Assembly (NCBI GenBank): GCA_051313645.2
Contig: JBNRSN020000194.1
Location: 248,001 to 312,000 of the forward strand
Reading direction: 5' to 3'
Source: Centroscyllium fabricii
Taxonomy: Eukaryota
DNA: 64,000 nucleotides
Positions within the stretch are counted from its first letter, which is position 1. The number at the start of each line of letters is the position of its first letter. Shown here one piece after another: positions 38,794-48,900 of this stretch. The notes beneath the pieces were generated by a model. It was not told the origin of the DNA. It worked only from the letters and a program-made list of their open reading frames with translations, and ran no database searches. The translations under genes and the position numbers were made by a program.

Positions 38794-40541
38794 ACTGGCA
38801 ACAGGATGATAGTGTGCCAGAAACGGTTGTAAGAACTAGGGATATGATGGATGAACGCATGGCCGACTATGTGTTCAGCAAGGTCAATCTGACCAAGTCA
38901 TGGATGTGTGAGTTGCTGGAAGACAAGCGCCCACTGGATGCAGCGATCCGGTGGACGTCCAGCAAAGCACACAAGAAAGTGGTAGAAAAGGCCGTCTGGC
39001 TGTCGTGCTACAAGAAGCAGGTCCAGCTCCTGGACCGTGTAGTGGCAGCGCAGGCAGCCCAGATAGGGAACCTCCGTGAGGAGGTGAGGGAAAAGGCTGA
39101 GGGAGGGCTCCAGTTGATCGAGGCCCTGGACTCCTCGAACAAGGAGCGCCGGGTTTTGGTCAACCGATATGAGGCCAAGGTTGAACTGTTGGGGTGCCAG
39201 ATCACTGACGCTAAGCTCAGTGAGGGCGCAATTAGGCAGCGGTGTGCCGGCCTAGACCAACAGTTGGAGGCCACAGGGGAGACTCTCCGGGGGGTTAAAG
39301 CAGCCTATAAAATGGCTTTGGAGGATCGGTCCGAAGGGGCCGATCACGGGGCTTGTAGGGAGGAGATCGAAAGCCTGCGCAGCGCCTTAGATAGGGCTAG
39401 TGGGTTGGTCTGCCTTATGAACCCCGCAGCGGGAACATCACTGGCAGCGGCAAGGGTTCCAGCAAGGGGTCCGTGCATGCCCGTGGTGGCTTCGGCCCCC
39501 ACGTATCACGATCCCCCCAGCTATGAGGCTTCCTGGGAGAAGGGGGGCGCTGGGGAGAGTGAGCAGGGGGGGGGACCGGCCAGGGAACCGGCGCAGGCAC
39601 CGATGTGTCCATTGCTGGAGACCAGGCGGGGACCCGACGCAGCGAACGGGGATCCCGGGCCTGTCCAAAGTCAGATTATAGTGCCCCACAGCGCCCAGCA
39701 GTTGAGGTCCATGGTCGGGCAAGTCAAGAAGCTGTCCGAATCGGGGGACCCTTCACTGCATTTTCAGGAGGTTGAGCAGACCGCCGCAATCAATGGTTGC
39801 GACGAAGGGGAGCAGGCGAGGATGCTATTGTTCTCCCTGGACTACTCACTCCTTCAGTGCCTCAGTGATGAGAGCAAACGGGGTACCAGAACCTACGAAC
39901 AGTTAAGGGAAGAGGTTCTGGAGGTTTTAGGCACGGACGATGAGGGTCCATTTGCCCGCTTGGGGAAAACTCTCCAGATGGAGGGAGAACCTCCGAGGGT
40001 TTTTGCGGCGAGACTGTGGCCGGTCTACCAACGTAGCTGCCCGCAGGTCCCGAACCGGGATGCCCTGGTCGGGAATGTTAGGGCGCAGTGGCTTCGGTGC
40101 TTGGTAACGAACAGCCTAGCAGCTGTCCGGGAGCAGGCGAAAGCCTGGTTCGACCCAACGAACACCACGGAGGACGAGGTTTTGGACCGCCTCACCGTGG
40201 GGTATCGGAACACCCGGAGCACCGCCACCAAGTCGGTCAAGGGGAAGGTGCACGTAGCGGAGGCCGTTACATCGGCCCCGAAGGAATGGCGTCAGGAGGG
40301 CAACCCTGCCGCACAGTCTAAGTGTTTTAGGTGCGGTAAGGTGGGTCACTGGAGGAAAGACTGCAGGGTTTTCCCCAAGGAGGTTAGGGCCAACCCCGCT
40401 CCGCGCGCCGAGATAGCCGTTAAGCCCGAAACGTTGGAGTCAATGATCGAGGTGATGCGGTCCCTCATGGAAGCACAAGGGAAGGTTGCAGTCGCCACCG
40501 GCTCCCCGGGTGCGGGGGGGACACCGGACATTCCCCAGTGA
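38787..40541 (+). CDS. gag: Gag-like polyprotein (N-terminal coiled coil, PPxY late motif, capsid-like helical region, CCHC knuckle)
   Basis: Intact ORF of about 584 aa from the first ATG (inside the PBS; alternative ATG at 38844); PPSY at 39513-39524; CFRCGKVGHWRKDC at 40323-40364. Confidence 0.88.
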   Translation: MGHWQQDDSVPETVVRTRDMMDERMADYVFSKVNLTKSWMCELLEDKRPLDAAIRWTSSKAHKKVVEKAVWLSCYKKQVQLLDRVVAAQAAQIGNLREEVREKAEGGLQLIEALDSSNKERRVLVNRYEAKVELLGCQITDAKLSEGAIRQRCAGLDQQLEATGETLRGVKAAYKMALEDRSEGADHGACREEIESLRSALDRASGLVCLMNPAAGTSLAAARVPARGPCMPVVASAPTYHDPPSYEASWEKGGAGESEQGGGPAREPAQAPMCPLLETRRGPDAANGDPGPVQSQIIVPHSAQQLRSMVGQVKKLSESGDPSLHFQEVEQTAAINGCDEGEQARMLLFSLDYSLLQCLSDESKRGTRTYEQLREEVLEVLGTDDEGPFARLGKTLQMEGEPPRVFAARLWPVYQRSCPQVPNRDALVGNVRAQWLRCLVTNSLAAVREQAKAWFDPTNTTEDEVLDRLTVGYRNTRSTATKSVKGKVHVAEAVTSAPKEWRQEGNPAAQSKCFRCGKVGHWRKDCRVFPKEVRANPAPRAEIAVKPETLESMIEVMRSLMEAQGKVAVATGSPGAGGTPDIPQ

Positions 40542-41495
40542 CTGGAGCCCGCGCAGCCTGTCAACCCGGTTCCCTCGGAAAGACGTGCAGAGGAAGAGAC
40601 CTCCGGTAATTTGGAGGACTTCCTGGGGTGCCAGGTTGCAGGAGCTCAGGTCGTGGAACGGGCTTTAAGGAAAGAGAATGACAGGCTAGCGGCAAAAGCT
40701 AGCAGTTTAGAGGAAGAACTCAAGGTTTTTAAAATGCTTCACAGCAGGTGCAAGCTGTTTAGCCTGGAGGCAAAAACCCAGGCAGCTGAAGTGAAAAGGG
40801 AGTTTAAAACCTCAAAGGCTGCAACAGGTCAGCGGCAGCAGGTAAAACAGGGGTCAGTCACAGGGGCAAGCCCTGTGGATAGAGAATCACAGCCAAAATT
40901 GTGGAAGGTCACGCAGGTGGGTAAAGCTGCCTGCGTGAGGGGAAAGGAGGAAGACGTTTGCCAGCAATGGAGGGCGTCCCAGTTTGGATGGGACTCAGAC
41001 GAAGACGAGCCTGATCAGCTCGGTCTGGGGCTGAATCTCATGACGGAGGAGTGGGAGTCGGAGGGGGATGACGAGAGCATCCTCGACTCAAGCACCAGGG
41101 AGGCGGGGGTAGCGGGCGGAGACTCACCACCTGTCACAGACAGGGTGAGGTCGGAAGCCGCGGATATACCCAGCCCCAAGGGGGTAGTGCTGGATGAGGA
41201 AGGGCCGGGGTCGGCAGCTGCGGGGGTCACCCGAGCTGCGGCACGGCGGGAACCTGTCCTCAACCGGGCTGCCCAGGGGGCCGTGCCTGAGGTGACTCTC
41301 CGTAGGTCCAGCAGGATACCTCAACTGAGGAAGCTTTGGCCGGAATTGTACGGGACCCCAGCGACAGGCAGTTTGTCGGGTTGGAGAAAGGAAGATGGTC
41401 ACTGGCAGGCAGCCACAGGCTGCGACACTTCAAAGGATGCAGGCAGCGCGGCCAAGCCACAGGCAGCGGCGCGCTGCAGCCTGGATCAGGATTAG
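40542..41495 (+). CDS. ORF2, unknown 317-aa protein in frame with gag behind a single UGA (occupies the pol position)
   Basis: Same frame as gag with no stop from 40542 to the TAG at 41493-41495; heptad-rich segment, acidic tract (WDSDEDEPD, EEWESEGDDES), LRRSSR motif; no pol catalytic motifs. Confidence 0.6.
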   Translation: MEPAQPVNPVPSERRAEEETSGNLEDFLGCQVAGAQVVERALRKENDRLAAKASSLEEELKVFKMLHSRCKLFSLEAKTQAAEVKREFKTSKAATGQRQQVKQGSVTGASPVDRESQPKLWKVTQVGKAACVRGKEEDVCQQWRASQFGWDSDEDEPDQLGLGLNLMTEEWESEGDDESILDSSTREAGVAGGDSPPVTDRVRSEAADIPSPKGVVLDEEGPGSAAAGVTRAAARREPVLNRAAQGAVPEVTLRRSSRIPQLRKLWPELYGTPATGSLSGWRKEDGHWQAATGCDTSKDAGSAAKPQAAARCSLDQD

Positions 41496-41714
41496 CCTGG
41501 CCGCCTTGGAAGGGCGGCGTTGTATGATAGGCTAGGTAGTTTTAAGAAGTTTAGTGGTAAGTTAAGTTATATTTTTACTGGGTTAGGTAAAAGGGGCAAT
41601 GTGTCCAGCGTGCAGATGCGGGGTACGGGCTGGGGTCATCAGACCCAAGCATGGGTCTTTAACACAGCCAAGCGCTCTTGGAGAGGCTGGCTATACCAAC
41701 GTTATCTGTTTCAG

Positions 41715-44087
41715 GAACCAAACGAGGCACTAAGATGGGGAATCATCTTCCTGGCGATCGGATGCGGGTGGGCCTATCGGGGCCGCACCCAGGACATCGT
41801 GGTATACGGATGTTCGGGAAGCACCGCGCCTACCGCGACCGTTGGGACGGGACAACGGACAACCGAAGGAGCTGCCGTTTTCTTCCACCAGGGGCGATGG
41901 CCAGGGTGGCTGGGATCAAACGCTTCTGAGTATCTCGGCACCCCAGGATTTTTCTTCAGGGACACTGAGTTATTGTGCCCAAAGGTGAAGATCATCGCCC
42001 AGAAGACCAGCGTCACGGCCGGCAAGAGGATTTGCCTGAGGTGCACCGGAAAGGTCGACACCCGGTTGAGGTGGTGGCTACGTAAAACCAGCCGGACCAT
42101 GGCCAACTCAACCGTGAATTGGGAAAAGCTGGACAACAACACTCACAGGACAGTCTTTGGGACTAATGAAAGTTTGAGTGTCTGTTGGGACAAGTGGTGG
42201 GAGCCTGATGAGGGAATTTATGTGTGTAGGTGGGGTTCCAGGTATTTGTGCCCCACAGGGAACAGCATATTTTTCCACCAGCAGTGGCAAGATGGTGGTA
42301 AGGGGATGAGGTGGGATGTTAGCTCACAAGCCTGTGGGGTCCCATTTTCCCCGAGCCCAGTTAACGCCACTGAACTCGTCACCCGACCACGCACAACACC
42401 TCCCACACCGAGGCGGGCAGCAGCACAGGAGGGTGGGTGCCCCAAGACTACACGGGGGCCCGAGAATGGCCTGGTATTGATACCAACAGATCAGGTATTA
42501 TACCAGGGGGTGCACTACACGGTGGCCTCGGTGATTTTAAACCTCACCGAGGTAAGGTTGCCGGAGTGGTGCCCCAAGGAGACCGAAAGGTTATATCAGG
42601 TGCTGCTGGCAAATATGTACAGGCAGTTTTACGAACTTGACCTGGCCAGTGTAGACAAGGCAAGCCTGTACCGCCAAGGGCCAGAGACATGGGGCCAAAC
42701 GGGGAGACAAAAGAGGGGTGTAGTGAATGATGTGTTCACGGGCTTTAACACCGGAGCCTCTGTGGTCAACGCTCTCGACACCATGGAGCTGCAGACCCAG
42801 ATAAACGGTTTAAAGTCGCAGTTGAAGGACATCCTCACGGAGGAGAACAATGTCGTCGGGTCGGAGCTCCATGAGGACCAGGCGATGACACTGCACCTGC
42901 GCGAGATAATCGCGTAATTAGAAAGACACGCGAGCACGGTGAACGCTCTGATCAAGGAAGATCGGAACGCTTCTGACCAGGCTGCGCAGAACGAGGTGTG
43001 CGTTCTGTACGGGGCGTGGTTGCTGGGCGAGGGCCGCAGCAACCTTGAGGACCTGAAGCAAGGGTTGGTCCCGTCCTGGATCAGTAACAAACACCTCCAA
43101 GCACTGCAGCCTTTTCAGAACGCGCTTACACCGTGTCAGCTCAGGTTGGCGTCAGAGGCGTACCCTGTTCCCATTGACTGTGGGCGTTCTAATTACACGG
43201 TCATGGGAGTGGTGGTACGGATGCCGGTGTTGGGCAAGACGGCAAGGCCCGCACCGGTATACAGGGTGGAGAACATCGGAGTCATTCAGGGGGGAGTACA
43301 CGTTCGCTACGCAGAGGTCCCACCGTATGTTGTCCGCTGGGAGCAGTTGATGACAGGTACAGACCTCTCGGGGTGCCGGAGCAGGGGAGCACACATAATA
43401 TTGTGTCCCCAGCACTTGAATGTCTTGCGGGTACAGCAGTGTGGGTTCAGGGCTGTTGGCGCGAAGCCTATGAATTGCACTATGGAGGCGATGGCACAGG
43501 ACCATGTCCCTCCACAGGTGGCATACATAGGGGGTGGTACTTACTGTATTACCACTGCAGCGCAACACTACCGACACGGGCAGCATGGCCTATGTCCGGT
43601 GAGTGACAGCAGCTTCTGTTTTAAACCACAGGCAGAGGTTCAAGTGGCACAGCTGCGAATCGTCCCCATACCTGAACCCTCCACGGTTCACATCAGTGTA
43701 AAGGAGAATTTCACCAACCTGCAGCACTTTGTGGCGCATTTTGGGTATGCCATACCCCCTCTCCCCGAACACCTCACAACACTTTTTAAAGCAGTTGCCG
43801 TATCGCAAAAGCATTTTTACACCCTGGAACAGAAGACAGATAAGATTGGGGCAGACATATTGGAGATAGTGGTTCCCCCGTGGTGGGACCTGTTCAATAA
43901 TATAGAAGTCCCATCTTGGGTTAGAATTGCATCACACGTGTTAGTGGTGGTGCAAGCTTTTATAGTGTTCTATTTAATATGTGGACAGTGCAGAGGGAGA
44001 CAGCGGCTTCGCAGCCGGATAGGCAGAGGGGAATGGAGGGACCGGTACGTCAGGGCGGACGAACCGGAGGCAGAGACAAGCTGCTGA
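41715..44087 (+). pseudogene. env: Envelope glycoprotein: signal peptide, Ig-like domain, Pro/Thr linker, furin site, long F1-like fusion subunit, TM; one in-frame TAA
   Basis: Track ORFs 41520-42917 and 42939-44087 share one frame, split by TAA at 42915-42917; hydrophobic WGIIFLAIGCGWAY; RQKR at 42705-42716 then GVVNDVFTGFNTGASVVNAL and heptads; C-terminal VLVVVQAFIVFYLIC; several N-x-S/T sequons. Confidence 0.87.
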
Positions 44088-44496
44088 CATGGGGAAGAAG
44101 TCACCTCCAATTTTACCTCTCTGTGAGAGAGTCTCATTGAAAACACTGTATATATATTTAAGTTTAAGTTTTGAAGGTATTTTCTTTTTGTGGTGTATGT
44201 ATTGATCTTTGTGCCCCAATAAAACGATCACCGACAGGAGGACGGTTGGCGGACGGCATCAGCCGAGGAAAAGGGTGTAAGTTTTGAAAGACGGGCACAA
44301 ATCTGGGGAATGTTTATGTGTATATAGTGACCCGGGAAGGCAGTAATGTATAGGTCGGCCTGAAAGATGGGGACTGTACGTTAAGTACTTGGGCGCTAGT
44401 TTAGGTAAAATAGTGGGGGTCTGGACGTGGACAACCGGGAAAACATAGCTCAACCGTAATTTAATTTGATTGCGACACATTGGGGTGTGTGGAATC

Positions 44497-44509
44497 AAAC
44501 AGGAGGGAC
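44497..44509 (+). promoter_or_regulatory. Polypurine tract of the ERV-like element
   Basis: AAACAGGAGGGAC directly before the TG of the 3' LTR. Confidence 0.8.
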
Positions 44510-45936
44510 TGTAAGATTTGAGCTGATGTTTCCCGGATCCAGAACTACTATCAACACTTTTATAACACAGAACTGCAAGCAACATGCTTTTGTTAAAACC
44601 GATAATGTGGGGGCACCCTGGGTACGGAGATGTGGCTCTGTACCAGGGAAAAAGGACTATAGCCAGAGACTTTTAAAAGAAAACCAGACGCAAGCAGGGG
44701 CCACAAAATGGCTTCGCCGACCACGTGATCAGCCTGGCAGAGTGAAACTAAAACAGCCCCCACACACATTTTTCTGCAAACTCATGACCAGATAGACTTT
44801 GGATATTGGTCATGAATAGCCCACATAACGAGATCGAGTCCCCAGACTGGGAGGCGCCGGTGTCCAGCAGATGGACAAGGGGCACCGAGGTAACCTCGTC
44901 AAGTAAAACAAAAGGCCCATAGAAACCCGAGGGCAGGTAATGGGAAAAAGCTTATGCACAGAGATCGCTTAACAGAAAAAACGTTTACAGGTGGTCAGGA
45001 GATTATCGGTCTGTTAAGCGACCATGAGAACAGAAAAGAACAGATCTAACCTCACTTAAAGACAAAAGGACACTATAGATCTGGCACGCAGATAAGCGCG
45101 AGGTGCGGGGGTATAACGGCCAGGGTTTTAAACTGAAGGCAGAAGGAACAGGCTCGGAGAGGGAGAGAGAGGTTCGGACAGAGGGGAACTGATGAGCTAG
45201 AAAGCAAACAGACTGACGAACTGGAGAACGAGAGCTCAAGCAAAGAGCTGATGGCAGTTGATAGCCAGAAAGAGTAACAGTGTCGTTTTAAAGTGAGAGC
45301 TGGAGAGAAGCAGCAGAGGTCTGAACCAGAAAGAAAGGTGCACTCGATTTAGAGATCAGCTAGAAAGTGCTTGCCTGCATCAGAAGTCGGTGCCAGGAAG
45401 CCAGGAAGGCGGAAGAGAGAGAGAGAGAGAGAGCCCCTTCCACAGCTACCTAATCGAAGGACGAAGGAGGTGCAACACAACGAACCCCGAACCCCCCCAG
45501 TAAACATAGCCCATGGTGAGTATGGTGTTCCGCTTCTGCACGTCTGGACATAGGATAGTGTAGGAAGTGGAGGGTGGGTGTCGTGGAAGCATATTGGGGT
45601 GTAGCTGTTTAATGTTTGCCCAATTTTACGTTGTATCGTACCCTCTCCATCCTGTTTTTAATTGATTAACGTTTGGTTCTACTGTTGTAATAGTTGAATG
45701 TGTAATAAAGGACTGTGTTTTAAACATCACATCTCTGGTCTCTTGGAACTCTGTTCTGGCAGGAATTACCTACACTATCACAACTCCTGTACATAAGCCC
45801 AGTGTCGAGAACCGTAGGGGGGAGCGTTTCGGACCGCTCACAGGGACCCGGTGTGCGAGGCCTGGTCGCGGGACCAAGGCAAGGCGCAGGGACTCTAGGT
45901 CGAGCCTGGAGAAGGCCGGCTGCCAAACCCCTTACA
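44510..45936 (+). repeat. 3' LTR (1427 bp)
   Basis: Direct repeat of 37341-38770; I found 2 substitutions and a 3-bp shorter C run. Confidence 0.97.
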
Positions 45937-48900
45937 CCCTGACTGAGAATACTCAGAGCTCCCGCCACTGACTGAGTATACTCGGAGCACTCGCCCCTGA
46001 CTGAGAATACTTGGAGCACCCGCCCCTGACTAAGAATATTCGGAGCTCTCGCCCCTGACTGTTGATACAGAGAGCACCCGACCCTGACTTAGGATACTCA
46101 GAGCACCCACCCCTGACTGAGAATACTGAGAGCACCCGCACCTGACTGAGCATACTGAGAGCCCACGCCCCTGACTGAGAATACTGAGAGCACTCGCCCC
46201 TGACTGAGAACACTGAGAGCACCCACCCCTGACTGAGAATAGTGTGAGCACCCGCCCCTGACTGAAAATACTCTGAGCACACGCCCCTGACTGAGAATAC
46301 TTAGAACACCAGCCACTGACTGACAATACTGAGAGCACCCGCCCCGACTGAGAATACTCGGAGCACCCACCCCTGACTGAGAATACTCGGAGCACCCGCC
46401 ACTGATTGAGAATTTTCGGAGCACCCGCCCCTGACTCAGAATACTCGGAGCACACAGCCCTGACTGAGATTACTCGGAGCACTCACCCCTGACTGAGAAT
46501 ACTGGGAGCACACACCCCTTACTGAGATTGCTCGGATCACACACCCGTGACTGAGAATACTCGGAGCACCCATCCCTGACTGAGAATACTCGGGGCACTC
46601 GCCCCTGACTCAGAATAATCAGAGCACTCGCCCCTGACTGAGAACACTCGGAGCACCCGCCCCTGACTGAGAATACTGAGAGCACCAGTCCCTGACTGAG
46701 AATTCTGAGAGCACCCGCCCCTGACAGAGAATACCCGGAGCACCCGCCCCTGACTAAGAATAGTGAGAGCACCCGCCCCTGACTGAGAATACTCGGACCA
46801 CCCTCCCCTGACTGAGAATGGTTGGAGCACCAGCCCCTGACTGAGAATATACGGAGTACCCACCACTGACTGAGAATTCTCAGAGCACCCGCCCCTGACT
46901 GAAAATACACGGAGTACCCGCCCCTGACTGAGAATACTTGGAGTACCTGCCCCTGACTGAGTATACTCGGAGCACTCGCCCCTGACTGAGAATACTCGGA
47001 GCACACACCCCTGACGGAGAATACTTGGAGCACCTGCCCCTGACTGAGAATATTCGGAGCACTCGCCCCTGACTGTTGATACGGAGAGCACCCGACCCTG
47101 ACTTAGGATATTCAGAGCACCCACCCCTGACTGAGAATACTGAGAGCACCCGCACCTGACTGAGAATACTCGGAGTACCCGCCCCTGATTGAGAATACTC
47201 GGACCACCCGCCCCTGACTGAGAATACACGGAGTACCCACCACTGACTGAGAATTCTCAGAGCACCCGCCCCTGACTGAAAATACACGGAGTACCCGCCC
47301 CTGACTGAGAATACTTGGAGTACCTGCCCCTGACTGAGAATACTCGGAGCACTCGCCCCTGACTGAGAATACTCAATGCACCCGCACCTGACTGAGAATA
47401 CTCGGAGCACCTGCTGCTGAATGAGAATACTCGGAGCACCCGCGCCTTACTGAGCATATTCAAAGCACCCACCTCTGACGGAGAATACTGTGAGTACCCG
47501 CCTCTGACTGAGAATACTCGGGGCACCCGCCCCTGACTGAGATTACTCGGAGCACCCGCCCCTGACTGAGAATACTCAATGCACCTGCCACTGACTTAGG
47601 ATACTGAGAGCACCCGCCCCTGACTGAGAATACTTGGAGTACCCGCCCCTGACTAAGGATACTAGGAGCACCCGCCCCTGACTGAGAATACTCGGAGCAC
47701 CCGCCCCTGAATGAGATTACTCGGAGCACCCGCCCCTGACTGAGAATACTCGGAGCACCCGCCACCGACTGAGAATATTGAGAGCACCCGCCCCTGACTG
47801 AGATTACTCGGAGCACCCGTCCCTGACTGAGAATACTGAGAGCACACACCCCTGACTGAGAATACTCAGAGCACCCGCCCCTGACTGAGAATACTCAGAG
47901 CACCACCCCCTGACTGAGAATATTTGGAGTACCAGCCCCTAACTGAGAATACTCGGAGCACCCACCCCTGACTGAGAATATTCAGAGCACCCACACCTGA
48001 CTGAGAATACTCGGAGAACCCACCCCTGACTGAGAATACTCAGAGCACTCGCCCCTGACTGCGAATACTTGGTGTACCCGCCCCTGACTCAGAATACTTG
48101 GAGTACCCGCCCCTGACTGAGTATACTCAGGGCACCTGTCACTGACTGAAAATACTAGGAGTACCCGCCCCTGACTGAGAATACTCAGAGCACCTGACCA
48201 TGACTGAGAATACTAGGAGCACCCGCCCCTGATTGAGAATTCTGAGAGCACCCGCCCATGACTGAGAATACTGTGAGCACCCGCCCCTGACTGAGAATAC
48301 TCGGAGCACATGCCCCTGACTGAGAATACGCCAAGCTCCCGCCCCTGACTCAGAATACTGAGAGCTTCCGCCCCTGACTGAGAATACTGAGAGCACCCGC
48401 CCCTGAATGAGAATAGTTGGAGCACCCGCACCTGACTGAGAATACTCAGAGCACTCTCCCCTGACTGAGAATACTGAGATCACCCGCCCCTGACTGAGAA
48501 TATTCGGAGCACCCACCGCTGACTGAGAATACTTGGAGCACCTACCCCTGAATGAGAATACTCAGAGCACCCGCCCCTGACTGAGACTACTCAGAGCACT
48601 CGCCCCGACTGAGAATACTCGGAGCACCCAACCCTGACTGAGAATACTCGGAGCCCTCGCTCCTGACTGAGAATACTGGGAGCACACACACCTTACTGAG
48701 AATGCTCGGATCACACACCCGTGACTGAGCATACTCGGAGCACCCGTCCCTGACTGAGAATACTCGGAATACTCGCCCCTGACAGAGAATACTCGGGGCA
48801 CTCGCCCCTGACTCAGAATAATCAGAGCACCCGCTCCTGACTGAGAATACTTGGAGCACCCACCCCTGACTGAGAATAGTCGGGGCACTCGCCCCTGACT

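Larger units (their letters stand above)
37341..45936 (+). mobile_element. Endogenous retrovirus-like element lacking pol (LTR-PBS-gag-ORF2-env-PPT-LTR), 8596 bp
   Basis: LTRs TGTAAG...CTTACA, 4-bp TSD CCCT (37337-37340 and 45937-45940), PBS, PPT, gag with CCHC, env-like ORF with furin site and TM; no PR/RT/IN motifs seen in the internal ORFs. Confidence 0.95.
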
